64,000 nucleotides of DNA from Clostridia bacterium (GTDB lineage: Bacteria; Bacillota; Clostridia; Christensenellales; QALW01), in contig JAZNSH010000034.1 of assembly GCA_045591115.1 (NCBI GenBank), forward strand, positions 20,779 to 84,778, written 5' to 3'. The notes beneath the pieces are model-generated. The model did not search any database and was not told the DNA's origin. It was given only the letters and a program-made list of their open reading frames with translations. Positions 27,636 through 35,133 of this stretch are shown in pieces; position 1 is the first letter of the stretch, and the number at the start of each line of letters is the position of its first letter. A program made the translations under genes and the position numbers.

Positions 27636-28667
27636 ATGACAGATTCTTATTATTTAACCAGAACAAAGAAAACAAATGAAAAATTAAATATTGTTTTAAA
27701 TGAATTGCCACCTTTTTGCAAAACATTATTTATCGGTATTCAAAACAATACCGGTCCACTTACAAGGCTAAACTATGCTTATGATCTGCGTTTATTTTTT
27801 TCATTTCTTTCAGGTGAATTAAATAAACAAGTTAAAGATATTTCCTTAGATGATCTAAAAAAAATAAATGTACACGATATTGAAAATTTTATAAATTACA
27901 TTTCACTTTATGAAAATGAAAATAGTAAGCTTATTGAAAATCGTGAAACGGGAAAAGCAAGAAAAATAGCATCCATACGGATGATGTTTAAATATTTTTA
28001 TAAAAGCGGTGATCTTGAATCAAACGTGGCCTCCCTCATCGACCTGCCTAAATTGCACGAGAAGGCAATAATTCGCCTTGATGTTGATGAAATTGTGAAG
28101 CTTTTGGATCAGGTTGAAAATGGTGATGGATTAACTGAAAAACAAAAGCAATTCCACAATTTAACAAAATCTCGTGATTTAGCTATGCTAACTCTTTTTC
28201 TTGGCACGGGAATCCGTGTAAGTGAATGTATTGGTTTAAATTGTGATGATATTGACTATGAAAATTATAGCATTCGAGTAACAAGAAAAGGTGGAAATCA
28301 GGCTGTTCTGTATTTAAGTGAGGAAGTTGTTGAGGCTTTAAATGCATACAATGAAGACCGTTCTGAAATGAAAGGCGCCGACTCACCTGCCTTCTTTTTA
28401 TCACTTCAAGGAACGCGGTTAACAACACGTTCCGTGCAAAACCTCGTAAAAAAATATGCTTCAATTATAACCCCGTTAAAGCATATTACACCACACAAAT
28501 TGCGTTCAACATATGGTACGACCTTATATCAGGAAACCGGAGATATCTATCTTGTTGCCGATGTTTTAGGTCATAAGGACGTTAATACTACTCGAAGACA
28601 CTATGCGGCACAAGCTGAAGAGAACAGACGGCTTGCTGCGCAATCGGTTAAATTAAGGGATAAATAA
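27636..28667 (+). CDS. Tyrosine-type site-specific recombinase (XerC/XerD-like)
   Basis: N-terminal SAM-like core-binding domain. The catalytic residues are spaced as in Xer/integrases (GTGIRVSE ... HKLRST ... LGHKDVNTTRRHY). Confidence 0.8.
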   Translation: MTDSYYLTRTKKTNEKLNIVLNELPPFCKTLFIGIQNNTGPLTRLNYAYDLRLFFSFLSGELNKQVKDISLDDLKKINVHDIENFINYISLYENENSKLIENRETGKARKIASIRMMFKYFYKSGDLESNVASLIDLPKLHEKAIIRLDVDEIVKLLDQVENGDGLTEKQKQFHNLTKSRDLAMLTLFLGTGIRVSECIGLNCDDIDYENYSIRVTRKGGNQAVLYLSEEVVEALNAYNEDRSEMKGADSPAFFLSLQGTRLTTRSVQNLVKKYASIITPLKHITPHKLRSTYGTTLYQETGDIYLVADVLGHKDVNTTRRHYAAQAEENRRLAAQSVKLRDK

Positions 28668-28697
28668 AAGAGGATGTTTTGCATCCTCTTATTTTAT
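28668..28697. terminator. Bidirectional rho-independent terminator
   Basis: AAGAGGATG / CATCCTCTT stem flanked by an A-run and a T-run, between convergent genes. Confidence 0.75.
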
Positions 28698-29236
28698 TCA
28701 GATTGCGAACCTAAAAAATACGCGGCAGTTTCGGCATTTTTATAAGCAATATCGGTTAAGCTTTCATTATTTGATGCAATAATAACAGATCCGAGCACAT
28801 CACCGTTAGACAATATGGGAATAATGCATTGAGATTTATAAGAAACAGAGTCGTAATCAGTTATAGGAATAGGTGCTTCCCTACCGTTTTTATCGGTTTT
28901 AAGGCCTTTTCTGGCGTCAATACGCTTCTGTAGCTCCTTGGATAGTGCTTTGCCTAAAAGCTCTTTTTTACCCTGTCCTGAGGCCGCTACGATGAAATCC
29001 TTATCTGTAATTAACGTAGTGTGTCCTAACGTTTTATAAATTGAATTTGCAAACTCCTTGGCGTGCTCTTCAATATCCCCCATTACAGAATATTTTTTTA
29101 AAATTACTCCCCCATCTTTGTCCGTAAAAATCTCAAGAGGGTCGCCTTCTCTGAAATGTAAAGTTCGCCTAATTTCTTTGGGAATTACTACTCTGCCTAA
29201 CTCATCTATTCTTCTCACAATACCTGTTGCTTTCAT
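28694..29236 (-). CDS. spoVT: Stage V sporulation protein T (AbrB-family regulator with a GAF-like domain)
   Basis: MKATGIVRRIDELGRVVIPKEIRRTLHFREGDPLEIF is the canonical SpoVT/AbrB N-terminus. The protein is 180 aa. Confidence 0.9.
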   Translation of the reverse strand: MKATGIVRRIDELGRVVIPKEIRRTLHFREGDPLEIFTDKDGGVILKKYSVMGDIEEHAKEFANSIYKTLGHTTLITDKDFIVAASGQGKKELLGKALSKELQKRIDARKGLKTDKNGREAPIPITDYDSVSYKSQCIIPILSNGDVLGSVIIASNNESLTDIAYKNAETAAYFLGSQSE

Positions 29237-29302
29237 ATATACATTTCTCCTTAAATTATAAATTGTGTTGTTATTATTTGTATTTTAAGGAGATTTATAC
29301 TG
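29205..29302. repeat. Direct repeat R1a: spoVT 5' codons, SD and promoter region
   Basis: 29205-29281 aligns without gaps to 31268-31344 (offset 2,063 nt) with 9 mismatches. A 43-nt core (29235-29277) is identical. Gapped similarity continues to about 29302. Confidence 0.85.
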
Positions 29303-29430
29303 CCTCGTTGAACGTTATTTCAACATGATAATACATTTGATAAAATTTTATGATATAATTAAGAAAACATTGAACCGAAAAGCTATTGTTGCGACCTTGT
29401 AGGTGAAAGCTTTCAAAAGAGGTACCGAAG

Positions 29431-31110
29431 ATGCAAAGTAAAGACTTAGAAAACTACATAAAATTCCTGTTATCTGCAGCCCTACAAAAATGCGGCAATA
29501 TATATGATGCTGAAGATCTAACACAGGAGACACTTCTAGCTGCACTGTCATACATGGCACGTGGCAAAGATATTCAAGATGTAAAAGCATGGCTTCTCGT
29601 TGTTATGGGGCGAAAATTTAATGACATGCTCCGTAAAAGATATAAGCAACCAATAGTCAGTATTGGAGATGACTTTGATATCGTTGATGAGAACGCAATA
29701 ATCCAATTAAATGATGAAGACGACGAAGCGGAGAACGTTCGTAAAGCAGTTGCATATCTCGCAAAAAACTATCGCGAGGTTATCGTGCGGTACTATATGA
29801 ATGGTCAGAGCGTAAGTCAGATTGCATCAGAATTGGGCATTCCTGAGGGAACTGTAAAAAGCAGATTGCATCTTGGCAGGGATCATGTAAAGAAAGGAAT
29901 CAGCGATATGGAAAAATATTCAAAGCAAAGTTATTCACCTATAACACTTCATGTTTCTTACAGTGGAAATCCCGGATTGAACGGAGAGCCGATCACACTT
30001 ATCAAAAACGATCTTATTGCCCAGAATATCCTGTGGTTGGCTTACTCTAAGCCGGTAACTATTAAGGAGATTGCATTGTCTATCGGTATTCCGGCAGCAT
30101 ATATAGAACCTATTGTTGAAAAGCTGGTAGACGGTGAACTAATGAAAAAGGTTGGGAACAAAGTTTATACAGACTTTATGATTTCAACTTTGGATGATAA
30201 GGAAAAGCATATTCCTGCGCAGAAAAAATGTGTACATGAGAATTTTGAGTTATTCTGGAATGCTATCGAAAAAGCCCTTGTGAAGCTCCGTCAGTGTGAG
30301 TTTTACGAAAGGTGTTCATTTGACGCAAGAAACTCCCTGGAACTGTATGTTGCATTCAACTGTCTGGATTACGGAACATATATGACCTTCTCTGAAATAT
30401 TCAATGCTGAACAGCAATTCAATGAACGTCCTAACGGTGGACGATGGATTGCCTTTGGCCATGTTAATTTCAAGGAGTTTGATTACAAGGATCATATCGA
30501 GTTGTTGGCACATTCTTACTCGGGTGAACGCGTTGTAAGGTTTGATAAATATGCCAATTGCGAGATGCTTGAAATGCACGTGTATGGTGCAGATGGATTC
30601 CCGTGTTACCCATATTATTATTCGGCAGATTATACATTTCTCCCTGAGAACACCTTTGTTGATGCCGAGATTGCAAAGCTGCTCTACATTATGCACACGG
30701 GAATTGATCCTGAAAGTGTAGGTTTTAATCCGGAATATCTCAAAGCCATTCCTTGGCTCACAAAATGTAAGATCTTCCGCGAGGAAGCCGGAAAACCAGT
30801 CATAAACATTCCTATTCTCAATAAGGATGAGGCACAAGTTTTGTGGAACCTTTGTACGGAAGCGAAGTGCGAGATAGTAAATGATCTAAAAGAGCTGCTT
30901 ACCGAGTTTTTCAGAGGAAAGAAGCAAGAAATACCTGCACATCTGGATAGTGTTCCTCTGCAGAAACAATATCTGTATGCAGATAATGCTATGCTTTTTG
31001 CCACAATAAGAGAGGCTATTTCAAAAGGCAAGCTGTATGACGGTAATTATGACGACGATAGCAACGGCGTCAATCAACCTCCTTGCCCTATGGTTTTAAT
31101 TGTTGAATAA
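29431..31110 (+). CDS. ECF-type sigma-70 family factor with a C-terminal extension of about 390 aa
   Basis: Region 2 (DAEDLTQETLLAALSYM...WLLVVMGRKFNDMLRK) and region 4 (YREVIVRYYMNGQSVSQIASELGIPEGTVKSRLHLGR) lie in the first 160 aa or so. A winged-helix-like stretch follows (SKPVTIKEIALSIGIPAAYIEPIVEKLVDGELMKKVG), then a long soluble domain with no evident TM helix. Confidence 0.8.
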   Translation: MQSKDLENYIKFLLSAALQKCGNIYDAEDLTQETLLAALSYMARGKDIQDVKAWLLVVMGRKFNDMLRKRYKQPIVSIGDDFDIVDENAIIQLNDEDDEAENVRKAVAYLAKNYREVIVRYYMNGQSVSQIASELGIPEGTVKSRLHLGRDHVKKGISDMEKYSKQSYSPITLHVSYSGNPGLNGEPITLIKNDLIAQNILWLAYSKPVTIKEIALSIGIPAAYIEPIVEKLVDGELMKKVGNKVYTDFMISTLDDKEKHIPAQKKCVHENFELFWNAIEKALVKLRQCEFYERCSFDARNSLELYVAFNCLDYGTYMTFSEIFNAEQQFNERPNGGRWIAFGHVNFKEFDYKDHIELLAHSYSGERVVRFDKYANCEMLEMHVYGADGFPCYPYYYSADYTFLPENTFVDAEIAKLLYIMHTGIDPESVGFNPEYLKAIPWLTKCKIFREEAGKPVINIPILNKDEAQVLWNLCTEAKCEIVNDLKELLTEFFRGKKQEIPAHLDSVPLQKQYLYADNAMLFATIREAISKGKLYDGNYDDDSNGVNQPPCPMVLIVE

Positions 31111-31123
31111 AAGCGTATACCGC

Positions 31124-31152
31124 AAAAGCGAGGTGAAATACACCTCGCTTTT
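31124..31152. terminator. Bidirectional terminator hairpin (module T1)
   Basis: AAAAGCGAGGTG aaata CACCTCGCTTTT, with an A-run upstream and a T-run downstream. Confidence 0.7.
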
Positions 31153-31200
31153 GCTATGTATAGGTCAAAATATGCTGTTTTTCGTCAAAAATTTTTCTTC

Positions 31201-31299
31201 AAAAATCTCCCGAAAAGCCAGTGTTTATAAGGGTTTGTTGCACTTTTGTGTTATTATAACACGAGCCTCTATTCTGCGAACGATTCCGGTTGCCTTTAT
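31201..31299 (-). pseudogene. Decayed 5' fragment of a spoVT homologue, with the start codon lost and a premature stop
   Basis: The reverse strand reads ATA AAG GCA ACC GGA ATC GTT CGC AGA ATA ..., that is (I)KATGIVRRI followed by EARVIITQKCNKPL*. ATG has become ATA, and six synonymous differences from spoVT fall in the first 10 codons. A residual GAGATTTTT match lies further on. Confidence 0.65.
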
Positions 31300-31365
31300 A
31301 TATACATTTCTCCTTAAATTATAAATTGTGTTGTTATTATCTGTTAAAAGGAGAAAAATATACTG
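31268..31365. repeat. Direct repeat R1b: second copy of the spoVT promoter, SD and 5' end
   Basis: See R1a. The identical 43-nt core is at 31298-31340. Confidence 0.85.
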
Positions 31366-31368
31366 AAT

Positions 31369-32352
31369 TTATGCTTGGGATTGTTTTTTATAATTCAAAA
31401 AATAGCAAATAATATAATTTATCAATCCTGACATAAAAACGATTATTATGTCCATAGGAGCAAGGATAATTCCGGGAATACTTTGAAAAATAAATCCTGC
31501 ACCTAAACTGTATAGATGCCCGTTCAGCAAAAACATTTCCCCTATATACATTAGAAGCGTCATTATAGAAGCAACTATGGATGGAATCCATATTGAAAAA
31601 AGTTTTTGCTTTTCTAAGAGAAAAGATCCGGTAAAGACTCCAACCGTTACACCTAAAAGAACAAAGAATATTGTCATCAATGTGGCCGATAATGCAGATA
31701 CGCTAAGGCTTCCATCTCTCCCAAAAGCCGTAAAGCAAGCGAGTATGCAAAGGCAAAGGAATGTAAAGGAACAAACTGACTGAATAATAAGAGACTTAAG
31801 ACGTTTGTTTTCACCGTTATTTATCATTTGCCCAAAACCATACAAACAGTTCAGGATCGTAATTATTAATACAACGGAAATAATGTAAAAATGCATCTTG
31901 AATGCAGGATTATAGTCGCCCATTAAGATATCAACTGCAGTTTGTGTTTTGTATGTAGTTACAGTTTCTCCCCAACCTTCCGGAGGGATGTAACACATAT
32001 ACATCTGCCAGTCCTCAAGCTTTGTGAATGTTTCGGCCGTTGACACCACAACTTTTTCCTCAAAAAACAATTCTAATCCAAAGAAAATGCTTGTTGAAGA
32101 AATTGCTCCGCCGACAAATGCGAATCGCTTAAATAATTTGATAAACAAAGGCATTAAGAGAACAACGATAATGATAGCAACACTGATTGGTGTGTACGGA
32201 ATAATGTATTTAGGATAATTCTCTTTCATTACACTTCCGTCAACAAACATATCTGTAATAACACGAACTCCCATTGATAACGGATAATACGATGCTATCA
32301 AAACACCGAGACAAGAAAACAAATAAAATCGATTAAACTGTTTATTTTTCAT
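31369..32352 (-). CDS. Polytopic membrane protein of unknown function, third gene of the BlaI/BlaR-like operon
   Basis: The product is about 327 aa with roughly 8 hydrophobic segments. The ATG at 32352 lies 7 nt after AAGGAG and 13 nt after the blaR-like stop. Confidence 0.6.
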   Translation of the reverse strand: MKNKQFNRFYLFSCLGVLIASYYPLSMGVRVITDMFVDGSVMKENYPKYIIPYTPISVAIIIVVLLMPLFIKLFKRFAFVGGAISSTSIFFGLELFFEEKVVVSTAETFTKLEDWQMYMCYIPPEGWGETVTTYKTQTAVDILMGDYNPAFKMHFYIISVVLIITILNCLYGFGQMINNGENKRLKSLIIQSVCSFTFLCLCILACFTAFGRDGSLSVSALSATLMTIFFVLLGVTVGVFTGSFLLEKQKLFSIWIPSIVASIMTLLMYIGEMFLLNGHLYSLGAGFIFQSIPGIILAPMDIIIVFMSGLINYIICYFLNYKKQSQA

Positions 32353-32365
32353 ATTTAATCTCCTT

Positions 32366-33280
32366 TCATCCTGCATTTGTTAATAATGCATAGAAAATCG
32401 TTCCAATCAACACAATAAATACAGTAAGTGAAAACCAAGTCAACTTTTTAAAAGACAATATGTTCTCAATTCGTGTTTGCATTTTTGCGCCGCCAAAAGC
32501 AGATGCATATACCGTTACTTTTTGCTTGCTTTCTAACAATGACGATGCATAATCTTTTGTACGGTTAGATCCAATTTTTATAAGAACACGCTCATCACAA
32601 GAGAGTTCGAGATCCTCGAGAAAACATTTTAAGAATAGCCAGCAAAGAGGATTAAACCAATGTACTGCAACAATTACAAAAGCTATAATTCGCCACAAGT
32701 TATCAAAATTACGGATATGTATTTTTTCGTGCAGTACAATTAATTCAACATCTCTGTCTTTATAAGATGATGGCAGAATAATTTTAGGTTTTATAATACC
32801 GTATACAGCAGGAGATAAAATTTTCTCTGATAGATAAATGTTATTTTTTAGATGGGTTGAATCTTTGATTTCATAAATTGATGTAAAATATGCAACAACC
32901 AATATTAAAAGAATGGCCAATAATACAATAAACCATATAACCGAAGCTACACTAAAAATGTTTTCAAGTAAATCGACTTTATATGTTATCGGGAAGTAAG
33001 TATTTGCTGCCATAATACTATTCGTCATTGAAAAAGCTATATCATCAGTAGGCTGGTATACAATAATAGTTTTTGTAGTAAGTTTTGATAATAATGACAT
33101 CAGTCCATAAGGACTGTTGAGTCCAAAGGGAAATGTCATTCTAAGAAAGGGAATTATCCATAAAAACACGGTTATTCTTCTCGGAATTTTTTTTATAAGT
33201 CTGAAGAGCATGATAATAACGCTGGTTATGGTGGCAATTATGCTCATATTAAATATCCAATAAAACACTTCTTGTAACAT
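32366..33280 (-). CDS. M56-family (BlaR1/MecR1-type) membrane metalloprotease lacking the C-terminal penicillin-binding sensor domain
   Basis: 304 aa, multi-TM, with an HEXXH motif (LHEKIHIRNFD). The protein ends after one more TM helix, with no transpeptidase-like domain. Confidence 0.8.
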   Translation of the reverse strand: MLQEVFYWIFNMSIIATITSVIIMLFRLIKKIPRRITVFLWIIPFLRMTFPFGLNSPYGLMSLLSKLTTKTIIVYQPTDDIAFSMTNSIMAANTYFPITYKVDLLENIFSVASVIWFIVLLAILLILVVAYFTSIYEIKDSTHLKNNIYLSEKILSPAVYGIIKPKIILPSSYKDRDVELIVLHEKIHIRNFDNLWRIIAFVIVAVHWFNPLCWLFLKCFLEDLELSCDERVLIKIGSNRTKDYASSLLESKQKVTVYASAFGGAKMQTRIENILSFKKLTWFSLTVFIVLIGTIFYALLTNAG

Positions 33281-33285
33281 AAGCG

Positions 33286-33642
33286 TTACCTATTATCAAT
33301 GAGCTTGCGCAGTTCATTGATTTCTTCTTCAGATAACGGTTCATCTTCAATCAGTGCTGAAAACAGAGCCTTGCGAGAACCACCGAACACCTTTTTGATA
33401 AGTGAAGCAGCTTCTACCTTTTGCATTTCGTTTTGAGATACAAGCGGAGTGCAAATGAATCCTGGATCTTTACGCTGAATAAATCCTTTTGTTTCAAGCT
33501 TTTTAATTATTGTGTAAGTGGTATTTTTATTCCATCCAATAGTATCTGTGGCAATTAAGCTAATATCCTTGGCGGAAATGGGGCTTTTCTCCCATATAAT
33601 TTCCATCACTTTCGCTTCACTGTCAAAAAGTTTTTCTTTCAT
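33286..33642 (-). CDS. BlaI/MecI/CopY family transcriptional repressor
   Basis: 118 aa. A winged helix (EAKVMEIIWEKSPISAKDI...WNKNTTYTIIKKLETKGFI) is followed by a C-terminal dimerisation helix. Confidence 0.88.
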   Translation of the reverse strand: MKEKLFDSEAKVMEIIWEKSPISAKDISLIATDTIGWNKNTTYTIIKKLETKGFIQRKDPGFICTPLVSQNEMQKVEAASLIKKVFGGSRKALFSALIEDEPLSEEEINELRKLIDNR

Positions 33643-33657
33643 ACTCGATCCTCCTTG

Positions 33658-33703
33658 GACTATTTCTATAGTCTATACTATCATAATAGTCTGAACTTGT
33701 CAA
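33658..33703 (-). promoter_or_regulatory. blaI-operon promoter with two dyad operators
   Basis: On the minus strand: TTGACA (33703-33698), a 17-nt spacer, then TAGTAT. The dyads are ACTATcataATAGT (33677-33690) and GACTATttctATAGTC (33658-33673). They overlap the -10 element and the start region. Confidence 0.55.
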
Positions 33704-33733
33704 GTGGTTAGCTTTTCTTTGTTTTAAAAAATT

Positions 33734-33761
33734 AAGCGAGGTAAAAATCACCTCGCTTTTT
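33734..33761. terminator. Bidirectional terminator hairpin (module T2), terminator of xylA
   Basis: AAGCGAGGT aaaaatc ACCTCGCTT with an A-run upstream and a T-run downstream. It is near-identical to module T1. Confidence 0.7.
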
Positions 33762-33805
33762 CTATATTATGGATAAAAATTTACTTTGTTTAGTAGAATA
33801 TTTTT

Positions 33806-35122
33806 TTATTTGAACAAAATTCCGTTTATAATGCTTTGTAAATATTCTTGTTTACCGCTTGATGGGAGATTTGGTGCGCCCATTTCTTCGGCAATTTTTA
33901 CAAGTTCTGAAAGGCTTACGTTGCCATCAACGATTCTTTTGCCAATACCCTTTTCGAAGCTTGAGTATCTTTCCTTAACAAAGTTGTCAATTCTACCATC
34001 CTTAATAATTTCTGATGCTTTAATAAGACCGAGTGCAAACGTATCCATTCCAAGGATAAATGCATGGAACATATCTTCATATGTATAGCTGGCTCTTCTT
34101 GTTTTTGAATCAAAATTAAATCCGCCCGTAAGACCGCCGGCTTTAAGCACTTCATACATACACATTGTTGCATCATATACATTGGCAGGAAATTCATCGG
34201 TATCCCAGCCGAGCAATAAATCACCTTGGTTAGCATCTATTGAACCTAACATACCGTTCATTGCAGATACTCTGAGCTCGTGCTGGAATGTATGACCTGC
34301 AAGAGTTGCGTGGTTTGCTTCAATGTTAATCTTAAAGTCTTTATCAAGACCATATTGACGCAAAAATCCTATTGCAGTTGCCGCATCAAAATCATATTGA
34401 TGTTTCATAGGCTCCTTGGGCTTGGGTTCAATGTAGAAATCACCTTTAAATCCAATAGAACGACCATATTCAACAGCCATTTTCATAAGTCTTGCAATGT
34501 TTTCTTGTTCGAATTTCATATCTGTATTTAAAAGAGTTTCATATCCTTCTCTTCCGCCCCAAAAAACATAACCTTTTCCATCGAGCTTTACTGTAAGATC
34601 CAACGCTTTTTTCACTTGTGCAGCTGCAAAACAAAAAACGTCAGCTGAGTTTGTTGAGCCTGCACCGTTCATAAAACGAGGATTTGAGAACATATTTGCA
34701 GTACCCCATAAACATTTAATTTCGGTTTCATTCATTTTTTCAAGAATATAATCAGTTATTTCATCTAATCTGCGGTTTGTTTCTTTAATATCGTCTGCTT
34801 CAGGAACAAGATCAACATCGTGAAAGCAAAAATATTCCACACCAAGTTTTTGCATAAATTCAAAGCCGGCATCGACTTTTGCCTTTGCGTGTTCCAATGT
34901 GCCTTTTTCAGCGCCGAATGATTTATCACCGGTATCTCGGCCAAACATATCTGTTCCTGCGGCACAAAGATTGTGCCACCAAGCCATTGCAAATGGTAAA
35001 TGCTCTCGCATTGTTTTTCCCATTATAACACGATCGGCATCATAAAATTTAAAGGAAAATGGATTTGTGCTATCCTTTCCTTCATATTGAATTTTTGGAA
35101 TGTTTTTAAAAATTTCTGTCAT
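33806..35122 (-). CDS. xylA: Xylose isomerase
   Basis: 438 aa: [27 protein letters not shown]..., FCFHD, EPKPKEP, WDTDEFP. Confidence 0.95.
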   Translation of the reverse strand: MTEIFKNIPKIQYEGKDSTNPFSFKFYDADRVIMGKTMREHLPFAMAWWHNLCAAGTDMFGRDTGDKSFGAEKGTLEHAKAKVDAGFEFMQKLGVEYFCFHDVDLVPEADDIKETNRRLDEITDYILEKMNETEIKCLWGTANMFSNPRFMNGAGSTNSADVFCFAAAQVKKALDLTVKLDGKGYVFWGGREGYETLLNTDMKFEQENIARLMKMAVEYGRSIGFKGDFYIEPKPKEPMKHQYDFDAATAIGFLRQYGLDKDFKINIEANHATLAGHTFQHELRVSAMNGMLGSIDANQGDLLLGWDTDEFPANVYDATMCMYEVLKAGGLTGGFNFDSKTRRASYTYEDMFHAFILGMDTFALGLIKASEIIKDGRIDNFVKERYSSFEKGIGKRIVDGNVSLSELVKIAEEMGAPNLPSSGKQEYLQSIINGILFK

Positions 35123-35133
35123 AATCTTTTACC

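Noticed and set aside
27636-28667. The tyrosine recombinase as a marker of an integrated mobile element.
   Set aside because: No flanking att-like repeats, phage, plasmid or transposon genes, or tRNA target are present. The neighbours are core sporulation genes. It is more likely a chromosomal Xer-type recombinase.
29058-31324. Two plus-strand ORFs (29058-29261 and 31100-31324) ending in the same peptide, TIPVAFIYTFLLKL.
   Set aside because: They are not genes. They are the antisense reading of the duplicated spoVT 5' region. They were useful only because they exposed the direct repeat.
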